Origin: Longivirga aurantiaca | GTDB lineage: Bacteria > Actinomycetota > Actinomycetes > S36-B12 > CAIYMF01 | NCBI RefSeq assembly: GCF_042660085.1 | Contig: NZ_JBHSTI010000008.1 | Location: 2,332,543 to 2,364,542, forward strand | Length of the DNA stretch: 32,000 nucleotides | Direction: 5' to 3' | In this document: positions 19,504 through 28,551 of the stretch, in pieces | Layout of the letters: every line of letters starts with the position of its first letter | How positions within the stretch are numbered: position 1 is the stretch's first letter | Program-made: the position numbers and the translations under genes | Notes under the pieces: model-generated | What the model was told of the DNA's origin: nothing | The model's database searches: none | Seen by the model: only the letters and a program-made list of their open reading frames with translations

Positions 19504-20399
19504 GGAGCCAGGACAGGGGCGCCCTGGTCGGCGAGCCACTCCTTCTCGAGCGCTGCCAGGGTGCCGTCCTCGCGCAGGGCGTCGACGGCGCCCGACACGC
19601 ACTGCGTGATCGGGCTGTCCTTGGCGAGCAGGAGACCGAGCTGCTCGTTCGCAGCGGCGGAGTCGGGCAGCTGACCGACGATGACGCCCTTGTCGATCTC
19701 GACGAAGGCCAGGTAGAAGGCCGTCGGGAGGTCGACGACGATGCCATCGATCTGCTTGTTCTTCAGCGCCGTGACCGCAGCCGCGTTGTCGTTGAAGACC
19801 TGCGCCTTCTCGGTCGGCTGGATCTGCTCCTCGATCGCCTTGAGCGACGTGGTGCCGATCGCCGCGCCGAGGCGGGCACCCTTGAGCTCGGCCACGGTCG
19901 TGGCCTTGGCGATCGGGCTCGACTCGTTGGAGATGACGACCTGCGAGAGGGCGTAGTAGCCGGACGAGAAGTCGACGACCTTCTTGCGCTCGTCGGTGAT
20001 GGAGTACTGCTGGATGTTGAAGTCGAACGTCTTCGGGCCGGGGGCGATGGCCGAGTCGAACGTGGTGCGCACCCACGTGACGTCGGCGTTGTCGTAGCCG
20101 AGCTGCTTGGCGACGGCGTAGGCAACGGCGGACTCGAAGCCCTTGCCGCTGGTGGGGTCGTCGTCGAGCATCCACGGCGGGAACACGGGCTCGCCCGTGG
20201 CGATCGTGAGCTTGCCGGCGTTCAGGGTCTCGAGCGACTCCGGTGAGCAGGTCGCAGACGGCGAGGCGGACTCGGAGGCGGACTCCGAGGCCGTGGCCGC
20301 TGCGGACGAGCTCGTGGTGCCGCCCGAGGACGAGCTGCCGCAGGCCGAGAGCAGCAGGGCTGCAGCGACCGGGACGAGCACGAGACGGGTACGACGCAC
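19500..20399 (-). CDS. ABC transporter substrate-binding lipoprotein (family-3 amino-acid binding)
   Basis: The lipobox is VRRTRLVLVPVAAALLLSAC, followed by a Ser/Thr/Ala linker and an SBP_bac_3-like body (..KLTIATGEPVFPPW..DFNIQQYSIT..). GGAGG lies upstream of GTG 20399. Confidence 0.88.
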   Translation of the reverse strand: MRRTRLVLVPVAAALLLSACGSSSSGGTTSSSAAATASESASESASPSATCSPESLETLNAGKLTIATGEPVFPPWMLDDDPTSGKGFESAVAYAVAKQLGYDNADVTWVRTTFDSAIAPGPKTFDFNIQQYSITDERKKVVDFSSGYYALSQVVISNESSPIAKATTVAELKGARLGAAIGTTSLKAIEEQIQPTEKAQVFNDNAAAVTALKNKQIDGIVVDLPTAFYLAFVEIDKGVIVGQLPDSAAANEQLGLLLAKDSPITQCVSGAVDALREDGTLAALEKEWLADQGAPVLAP

Positions 20400-20531
20400 G
20401 GTGAGACCTCCGCGGGGGTGCCGAAGGGCGGTCCCTCGGCCTGGCGGGCATTGTGCCAAACGGGGGAAGGGCTGCCGACCGCAGGACCTGCCTGGACGGC
20501 CCGCGACCGCAGACCGAGACAGAACCGATAC

Positions 20532-22262
20532 CTAGCGCCTGCCGACGGCCCAGGCCCGGATGCGGTCGAGCCGGGCCTGGAGCTCGGCCGCGCTCGCCCG
20601 GGGCACCTCGGGCCCGCCGCACATCCGGCGCAGGTCGGCGTGCACCGAGGCCTGCGAGGTGCCGGTCTGCCGGGCGTAGGCGCTCACGCAGGAGGCGAGC
20701 TCCTTCTTGAGCGCCTTGACGTCGACGGGGGCGGCCGCCTTCGGCTCGTCCTTGGCCGGCTTCTTCGTGCCGCGGGCGGAGCGGAGCAGGTCGTGCACCT
20801 GGTCGGCGTCGAGCAGGCCGGGGATCCCGAGGAACTCCTCCTCCTCGGCTGTGCCCGGCGTGACGCCGGTGCCGAACTCGCCGCCGTCGAACAGGACGCG
20901 GTCGAAAGTGGCCTCGCTCTCGAGGGCCTCGAAGCTCAGCTGGTCGTCGACGAGGAGGTCGGCGGTGCTCCGCTCGGCGAGGGCCTGGGCGACGAGGATG
21001 TCCTCCTCGCTCCAGGTGCCGTCGAGGCGCTTGCCGAGGGCGTGGTCGCGCTCCTCCTCGAGCTCTCCGGCGAGGCGCAGCAGCAGCGGCACGCTCGGCA
21101 GGAAGACGCTCGCGGTCTCCCCCCGCTTGCGGGCCCGCACGAACCGGCCGACCGCCTGCGCGAAGAACAGCGGAGTGGAGGTGGACGTCGCGTAGACGCC
21201 CACCATGAGGCGCGGGACGTCGACGCCCTCGCTGACCATGCGGACGGCGACCATCCACCGGTCGTTGCTCTCGCCGAAGGCCGTGATCTTCTCGCCGGCC
21301 TTCGGGTCGTCCGACAGCACGACGGTCGGCTTGTGACCGGTGATGCCGTGCAGCAGCTTGGAGTACGCGCGGGCCTTGGTCTGGTCGCTGGCGATCACGA
21401 GGCCGCCGGCGTCGGGCACGTGCTTGCGCACCTCGGTGAGGCGTCGGTCGGCGGCGCGCAGCACCTGCGGGATCCACTCGCCCTGCGGGTCGAGGGCGGT
21501 GCGCCAGGCCTGCTGGGTGACGTCCTTGGCCTGGTCTGCGCCGAGGACCGCGGCGACCTCGTCGCCAGCCTTCGTGCGCCAGCGCATGCGGCCGCTGTAC
21601 GCCAGGAACATGACCGGGCGCACGACGTGGTCGCGCAGCGCGTCGCCGTACCCGTAGGTGGTGTCGGCGAAGCTGCGCGAGATGCCGTCGCGGCCGGGGG
21701 CGTAGGTGACGAACGGGATCGGGTTGACGTCGCTGCGGAACGGCGTGCCCGTGAGCGCGAGGCGGCGTGCCGCCGGCTCGAACGCCTCGCGGACCGACTC
21801 GCCCCACGACATCGAGTCGCCGGCGTGGTGCACCTCGTCGAGGATCACGAGGGTCTTGCGGTCCTCGACGCGACGTCGGTAGAGCAGCGTGTTGGCCGCG
21901 ACGCCGGCGTACGTGACCGCGATCCCGAGGAAGTCGCTGCTCGTGGTGCCGCGCGCGCCGGAGAACTCGGGGTCGAGCGGGATGCCGACCTTCTTCGCCG
22001 CCTCCGCCCACTGCGTCTTCAGGTGCTCGGTGGGGGCGACCACGACGATGCGCTCGACCACGCGCCGGTCGAGCAGCTCCGAGGCGAGGCGCAGGGCGTA
22101 CGTCGTCTTCCCGGCACCGGGGGTCGCGACGGTGAGGAAGTCGCGCGGCTGGCGCGCGAGGTACTCGTCGACCGCGGCCTGCTGCCACGCGCGCAGCTTC
22201 TCGGCCGCGCCTCGCGGGGCACGCGCCGGGTAGGCCGGGGAGAGGTTCGACGCGAGGGGCAT
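20532..22262 (-). CDS. Superfamily-2 DEAH-box helicase (conserved actinobacterial, ResIII-type N-domain)
   Basis: It has Walker A TPGAGKT, a DEVHH box and motif VI QAVGRFVR. There is no SD; a TAGGCT -10-like hexamer lies 9 nt upstream of ATG 22262, which suggests a leaderless or near-leaderless mRNA. Confidence 0.88.
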   Translation of the reverse strand: MPLASNLSPAYPARAPRGAAEKLRAWQQAAVDEYLARQPRDFLTVATPGAGKTTYALRLASELLDRRVVERIVVVAPTEHLKTQWAEAAKKVGIPLDPEFSGARGTTSSDFLGIAVTYAGVAANTLLYRRRVEDRKTLVILDEVHHAGDSMSWGESVREAFEPAARRLALTGTPFRSDVNPIPFVTYAPGRDGISRSFADTTYGYGDALRDHVVRPVMFLAYSGRMRWRTKAGDEVAAVLGADQAKDVTQQAWRTALDPQGEWIPQVLRAADRRLTEVRKHVPDAGGLVIASDQTKARAYSKLLHGITGHKPTVVLSDDPKAGEKITAFGESNDRWMVAVRMVSEGVDVPRLMVGVYATSTSTPLFFAQAVGRFVRARKRGETASVFLPSVPLLLRLAGELEEERDHALGKRLDGTWSEEDILVAQALAERSTADLLVDDQLSFEALESEATFDRVLFDGGEFGTGVTPGTAEEEEFLGIPGLLDADQVHDLLRSARGTKKPAKDEPKAAAPVDVKALKKELASCVSAYARQTGTSQASVHADLRRMCGGPEVPRASAAELQARLDRIRAWAVGRR

Positions 22263-22362
22263 AGGGCGGTGAGCCTAGGCGAGTCCGGCGCCCGACATGC
22301 CGCCCCGGGTGGTGGGCGTGTCACCCCCGCGACGTGCTAACGGACCCCGCGCGAGTCGGCCG

Positions 22363-23673
22363 TCAGCCGCCCGCGGGCGCCAGCGTGGGGCGGCCGATCC
22401 GGGTCGCCAGGACCGCGCCGACCGCCGCGACGCCACCCATGAGCAGCCAGATCTCGGCGAAGGTCCACCCGGTGACCGCGTCGGCGGCCACGGCCGCGGC
22501 GTAGATGGCACCGGCCGCTCCGATGAGCATGACGGAGCCGACCGAGTCGCACACCTGCAGGGCCGCGGAGTTGACGCCCTGGTCCTGCGGCTCGGACAGC
22601 TCGAGGGTGAGGGTGGCGATCGCGCCGAAGCACAGGCCCATGCCCGAGGCGCCGACGAGCCAGGAGATGCCGCCCACCCACCACGGCACCGACTCCACCA
22701 TCGACAGCGGCATCGACAGCATGCAGAGCGCGACGAGCACCGCCCCGGCCTGCACGAGGGCCGAGCGCGGCACGCGGCCGTAGAGCCGGCCCTGCGCCTG
22801 CGAGCCGAGCGCCCAGCCGATCGCGCCGACCGTGAGCACGAGGCCGGCCTGGGCCGTCGAGACGCCGCGCACCGTCTGCAGCGCGAGCGGGACGAACGCC
22901 TCACCCGCGAAGAAGGTGCCGGCGAGCAGGCCGCGCATCATGACCACGGTCGGGAGACCGCGCGCGAACCGGAGGGCGCCGCGCGGCAGGAGGCGGTCGA
23001 GGGCGGGGAGCACCAGGGCGAGCCCGACCACGGCGAGCACCAGGCCGGCGACGCCGAGGCGGGTGCCGGCCTCCTGGAGCATCGCGAGGCCGGCGGCTGC
23101 GACGAGCGCGAGCCGCAGCCGTCCGCGGCGCGGCGGCGCACCGCTCTCACCGAGCGAGCCGCCCAGCCGGCCGAGCCGCGGGGCCATCACCAGCATGGGC
23201 GGCAGCACGAGCACCGGGACGACGAGGAACACCGCGCGCCACGACACCTGGTCGGTGAGGAAGCCGGCGATGACCGGCCCGATGATCGCCGGCAGCACCC
23301 AGGCGGCAGCGAGCAGCGCGAACGCCTTGGGGCGCAGGTCGTCCGGGTACTGGCGCCCGATGACGACGTACACCGCCACGATGGCCATGCCGCCGCCGAG
23401 GCCCTGCACGAGCCGTCCGGCCACGAGCACGGGCATCGCCCAGGCCAGGCCCGCGACGACCGCGCCGAGGCCGAAGAGGGAGACGCCGATCAGCAGCGCG
23501 GGGCGCGGGCCCGACCGGTCGCACCACTCCCCCGCCGCCACCATCGCGACGAGGCTGGCCACGACGTACCCGTTGAACGCCCACGAGTAGGCGCCGAGCC
23601 CGTCGAGCGCTCGCGCGACGACAGGCATGGCCGTGGCGACGCCGATGCCCTCGAACGCGAACATCGTCATCAC
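22363..23673 (-). CDS. MFS transporter (DHA-type); the true start is probably upstream of 23673
   Basis: It is a 14-TM-like ORF. GTG 23673 falls inside what looks like TM1 (..RAFTVGIVTV|MTMFAFEGIGVATAMPVVARAL). The frame stays open with coding-like GC3 up to 23904 but has no in-frame ATG, GTG or TTG (see findings). Confidence 0.8.
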   Translation of the reverse strand: MMTMFAFEGIGVATAMPVVARALDGLGAYSWAFNGYVVASLVAMVAAGEWCDRSGPRPALLIGVSLFGLGAVVAGLAWAMPVLVAGRLVQGLGGGMAIVAVYVVIGRQYPDDLRPKAFALLAAAWVLPAIIGPVIAGFLTDQVSWRAVFLVVPVLVLPPMLVMAPRLGRLGGSLGESGAPPRRGRLRLALVAAAGLAMLQEAGTRLGVAGLVLAVVGLALVLPALDRLLPRGALRFARGLPTVVMMRGLLAGTFFAGEAFVPLALQTVRGVSTAQAGLVLTVGAIGWALGSQAQGRLYGRVPRSALVQAGAVLVALCMLSMPLSMVESVPWWVGGISWLVGASGMGLCFGAIATLTLELSEPQDQGVNSAALQVCDSVGSVMLIGAAGAIYAAAVAADAVTGWTFAEIWLLMGGVAAVGAVLATRIGRPTLAPAGG

Positions 23674-23900
23674 GGTGACGATGCCGACGGTGAAGGCCCG
23701 GTGCTGGGCGCTGAACAGCCCGTCGCTCGCGGTCGCTGGGGCGTCTGCCGGCTGCTCCGGCTCAGGCAGGGGCGCGGCGTGGCTCGGACGAGGTGCGTGC
23801 GCAGGGGCGTGCGGCGGCTCGTACGGCGTCGAGGTGGCCGAGACGTCCTCGACGTACTCGCCCGGGGTGTCGCGGTCGGCGTCGTCCCCCCGGACGGAGG

Positions 23901-24221
23901 TCAGGACCCGTCCTTGCCGTCGCCCTTGTCCTTCTTCTTGTCAGGGATGCCCTCGTAGATGCGCTTGCAGTCGGGGCAGACGGGGAACTTGTTCGGGTCG
24001 CGGCCCGGCACCCAGACCTTGCCGCACAGTGCGATCACGGGTGCGCCGGTGACGGCGGACTCGACGATCTTGTCCTTCTTCACGTAGTGCGCGAAGCGCT
24101 CGTGGTCGCCGTCGCTGAACTGCGTGTCGGGCCGGTCCTCGACGAGCGTGCCGAGACCGGTGTCGGGCTCGGCGAGAGGCAGGGGCTCGAGGTCCGGAGG
24201 CATCGTCGACATGCCGGTCAT
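23901..24221 (-). CDS. DUF3039 domain protein
   Basis: The signature is DHERFAHYVKKDKIVESAVTGAPVIALCGKVWVPGRDPNKFPVCPDCKRIY. The start is ATG 24221; 24212 and 24203 are alternatives. Confidence 0.85.
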   Translation of the reverse strand: MTGMSTMPPDLEPLPLAEPDTGLGTLVEDRPDTQFSDGDHERFAHYVKKDKIVESAVTGAPVIALCGKVWVPGRDPNKFPVCPDCKRIYEGIPDKKKDKGDGKDGS

Positions 24222-24261
24222 CGTACGACCGCCGCACCGCGCCCGTCCCCGCCGATCCCCC

Positions 24262-24303
24262 GCCTGCATTCACCGGCCTGCATTCACCGGCCTGCATTCA
24301 CCC
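24262..24303. repeat. 14-bp tandem direct repeat, 3 copies (GCCTGCATTCACCG)
   Basis: Copies lie at 24262-24275, 24276-24289 and 24290-24303. The first two are identical and the third differs only at its last base. The repeat is intergenic, 41-82 nt upstream of the DUF3039 start. Confidence 0.9.
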
Positions 24304-24413
24304 GCAGAGGACAGGATCCGCCCTTCACGGGCGTGTTCTGTCCGTTCTCGCCGCATCTGGTCGGGCGCCGCTGACGCGCGGCGCGGTACGCCGGCGCGAT
24401 CGGCGTACGACGG

Positions 24414-25004
24414 TCAGTTCAGCGACGGGTCGACCGAGGGCGTGGCGAGGAAGGCGAGATCGCCGGGCTGGCGGCGCAGCACACGGTGCCAGAGGTCGGC
24501 AGTATCGCTGGCGAAGACGTCGTCCGAGCCGCCGTCCACGACGTACCAGTCGCCGCGCGCGATCTCGTCGGCGAGCTGGCCCTCGGCCCACCCGGCGTAC
24601 CCCGCGAAGATGCGGACGGCCGAGAGCGTGGACGCCGCGCCGTCCGGGTCGATGTCGAGGTCGACGAGCCCGTAGGGCCCCGCGACGCGGCGGAAGCCGT
24701 CCGGCTCCGGGCCGTCGACCGGGCCGGGCAGGAGCGCGAGGCCGAGGGCGCTGTCCTCGGCGACCGGTCCGCCGTCGAAGACGACGTCGGCCCCGGTGGT
24801 GCGTCCGTCCCAGCTCGGCAGCACCGCGCCGACGGGCACATGCGAGGGGCGGTTGAGCACGACGCCGAGGGTGCCGTCCTCGTCGTGGTCGAGCAGGAAC
24901 ACGACGGTGCGCGCGAAGTTGGGGTCGGTCATCGCCGGGGCGGCGACGAGCAGGCGGCCCGCGTGGGGCAGCGCCGGGGGCACGTCCAGGGGCTCGAGCG
25001 TCAC
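24414..25004 (-). CDS. YqgE/AlgH family protein (UPF0301)
   Basis: Motifs: LLVAAPAMTDPNFARTVVFLLDHDEDGTLGVVLNRPS and ..FAGYAGWAEGQLADEIARGDWYVV. The start is GTG 25004. Confidence 0.88.
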   Translation of the reverse strand: MTLEPLDVPPALPHAGRLLVAAPAMTDPNFARTVVFLLDHDEDGTLGVVLNRPSHVPVGAVLPSWDGRTTGADVVFDGGPVAEDSALGLALLPGPVDGPEPDGFRRVAGPYGLVDLDIDPDGAASTLSAVRIFAGYAGWAEGQLADEIARGDWYVVDGGSDDVFASDTADLWHRVLRRQPGDLAFLATPSVDPSLN

Positions 25005-25041
25005 CCGCCCAGCATGCCAAACGTCCCGCCTCCGGGTGACC

Positions 25042-25057
25042 GGTGATACACGTCACT
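25042..25057. promoter_or_regulatory. CRP/GlxR-type palindrome candidate (GGTGA-N6-TCACT) in the yqgE/whiB divergent region
   Basis: GGTGATACACGTCACT has a perfect GTGA-N6-TCAC core, matching 8 of the 10 specified positions of TGTGA-N6-TCACA. It is unusually AT-rich for this DNA and lies about 150 nt upstream of the whiB ATG. This is a pattern match only. Confidence 0.35.
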
Positions 25058-25201
25058 GTCTCAGTTCTCGAACGGAGGCTCGCGGCGCAGAGAGAGGCGT
25101 AGCCTGACTGTGCGTGAGGGATTTAGCACAAGTAGTGAGGGTGGTTCGGCCGCCCGGGTGAAGTGTTCATCCCGGTCGGTGAGTGCAAGGAGGCGGATCC
25201 C

Positions 25202-25537
25202 ATGCCCCAGCAGCCGCTGGCCCAGGTCCCTGTCGACGCCACGTGGGAGTGGCAGGAGCACGGCGCCTGCCGCGAGGCCGACACCGCGCTGTTCTTCCAT
25301 CCGCAGAACGAGCGAGGGCTGTCCCGCATCCGTCGCGACCGGGCCGCCAAGTCGGTCTGCGCCCGCTGCGAGGTGCGCCTCGAGTGCGCCGACTACGCGA
25401 TCCGCGCCCGGGAGCCGTACGGCGTCTGGGGCGGCCTGACCGAGGAGGAGCGCGAGCGCATCTACGTGAAGGCCGCGCTCACGACCTACGGCCGCGAGAA
25501 GGGCGCCGGCCTCCGCGCCGCCGTCGACCTCCTCTAG
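25202..25537 (+). CDS. whiB: WhiB family [4Fe-4S] redox-sensing transcription factor, WhiB3/WhiD-like
   Basis: WEWQEHGAC..FFHPQNERG..RRDRAAKSVCARCEVRLEC..EPYGVWGGLTEEER contains four Cys and the GVWGG turn. The FFHP..ERG and EPYGVWGGL pattern resembles M. tuberculosis WhiB3. AGGAGG lies upstream of ATG 25202. Confidence 0.9.
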   Translation: MPQQPLAQVPVDATWEWQEHGACREADTALFFHPQNERGLSRIRRDRAAKSVCARCEVRLECADYAIRAREPYGVWGGLTEEERERIYVKAALTTYGREKGAGLRAAVDLL

Positions 25538-25548
25538 CCCCACTTCTC

Positions 25549-25592
25549 GCCCTGAGGGTCGATCACGGCAGTTCGACTGCACCATCTGACCC
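25549..25592. repeat. Left arm of a terminal inverted repeat
   Basis: GCCCTGAGGGTCGATCACGGCAG (25549-25571) is the exact reverse complement of 26404-26426. The next 21 nt match the partner at 14/21 positions. Confidence 0.9.
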
Positions 25593-25629
25593 GTGCTCGT
25601 GCTCGTGTACGGCGATGTCGATGTGCGTC

Positions 25630-26253
25630 TCAGGCTGCAGCGCGCAGCGCAGCCCTGATCTCGGCCACGACATGCTGCGGCCGATGGACGACGTCGTCCC
25701 ACGTGAACCTCAGGGGGATGTACCCCGCCAGGATCAGGCGGTTCTGCCGGGTGCGGTCCCGCTGGAACGCGACGTCATCGGAACGGAACGCCCGGCCGTC
25801 GAACTCGACGACCACCCGGGACCCCTCGAGGAGCAGGTCGGCGACCGTGCGGACGAGATCCGTCGCAACCACTCCTCCCACGCGAACGAGCTCCCGGTCA
25901 CGCACCTCGATGCGATGCGCGCGCAGCCCGGGGATACGAACGCGACGGTTGCGCTCGACGATGACGTGCAGCCCCGGATCAGCGGGAACGCGCAGCTGGT
26001 GGAAGCTCCCCGCGGTCGTATGGCTGACGATCACACCGAGGCCTCCAGCAAGACGCGCCGCGTGGGCCAACGAGGTCGGCGTCAGCCTCGACGCTGTCTC
26101 GACGTACACGGATCCGAGCACGACGCTCCAGCGCCGCTGCGCGAGGAGATGGCGGATGCGGAAGTTCGTGTACCCGGCCTCGACCGCCCGCGCCCGGGTG
26201 AAGACCCCTGCTTGCTCAGCCGCGACGGCCGGCGACGTACTGATGCCTCGCAT
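25630..26253 (-). CDS. DUF559/AbiEi_4-like protein, internally shortened (probably degenerate)
   Basis: The N-terminus AEQAGVFTRARAVEAGYTNFRIRHLLAQRRW is the AbiEi-like wHTH typical of actinobacterial DUF559 proteins. The C-terminus VVVEFDGRAF..QRDRTRQNRLILAGYIPLRFTWDDV is the DUF559 tail. The usual segment between them seems to be missing. The start is taken at ATG 26253. Confidence 0.65.
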   Translation of the reverse strand: MRGISTSPAVAAEQAGVFTRARAVEAGYTNFRIRHLLAQRRWSVVLGSVYVETASRLTPTSLAHAARLAGGLGVIVSHTTAGSFHQLRVPADPGLHVIVERNRRVRIPGLRAHRIEVRDRELVRVGGVVATDLVRTVADLLLEGSRVVVEFDGRAFRSDDVAFQRDRTRQNRLILAGYIPLRFTWDDVVHRPQHVVAEIRAALRAAA

Positions 26254-26382
26254 GGTGGGACGGTGACCGGTCCGCCGACAGCACGGTGCGACACGGAAGC
26301 GGCACCTGTGGATGCCCGGGCCGCGACCGTTGCCTGTGGATCGCGACCAGCACGCGACGCTCGCGACCAAGATCACGAGTAG

Positions 26383-26426
26383 GGGTCAACTAGTTCAGTT
26401 CACCTGCCGTGATCGACCCTCAGGGC
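26383..26426. repeat. Right arm of a terminal inverted repeat
   Basis: CTGCCGTGATCGACCCTCAGGGC (26404-26426) is the reverse complement of 25549-25571. With the inner extension 26383-26403, the arms match at 37/44 positions overall. Confidence 0.9.
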
Positions 26427-26434
26427 ACACACAG

Positions 26435-26465
26435 CGAGCCCGCCCCGGGGTGCGGGGCGGGCTCG
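26435..26465. terminator. Hairpin downstream of pckG (potentially bidirectional)
   Basis: CGAGCCCGCCCCG (26435-26447), loop gggtg, CGGGGCGGGCTCG (26453-26465): a 13-bp perfect stem, 22 nt past the pckG stop codon at 26488-26490. Confidence 0.6.
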
Positions 26466-26487
26466 GCTGCTGGTGGAGCGGGTGGGA

Positions 26488-28302
<1,815 letters not shown>

Positions 28303-28551
28303 GACTTCGTTGTCCTATCGCAGAGGGGCGGATCGTCGTTCCATCTCAGGGTGCCCTAAGCGTGTACCGGTGCGAAGAGGAACCCCGTGTGAAGTACGCC
28401 GTACTCGCGGGTTGTGACCGGCGGCACAGGGTGCCGTGACCGTTCCGTGAACCGCGATTCCGTTGTGCCCCACGTAAGTAAGCGTTGTCATGAACGAACG
28501 CGAGCGCAGCCGAACGGGTGCGGTGTCACCGACCTCACACGTCGCGCAGGG

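Larger units (their letters stand above)
25549..26426. mobile_element. Candidate 878-bp TIR-bounded insertion carrying the DUF559-like gene
   Basis: It is bounded by the inverted repeats above and sits 11 nt after the whiB stop and 8 nt before the pckG terminator hairpin. I found no target-site duplication and it encodes no recognisable transposase, so mobility is an inference. Confidence 0.3.

Noticed and set aside
20532-22262. The DEAH helicase as part of a phage-defence or restriction system.
   Set aside because: There is no adjacent methylase, nuclease or other defence partner. The helicase-MFS-DUF3039-yqgE-whiB neighbourhood looks like conserved actinobacterial core genome.
24262-24303. 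A CRISPR-like array.
   Set aside because: The 14-bp units are directly abutting with no spacers, there are only three copies, and no cas genes are present. It is a simple tandem repeat.
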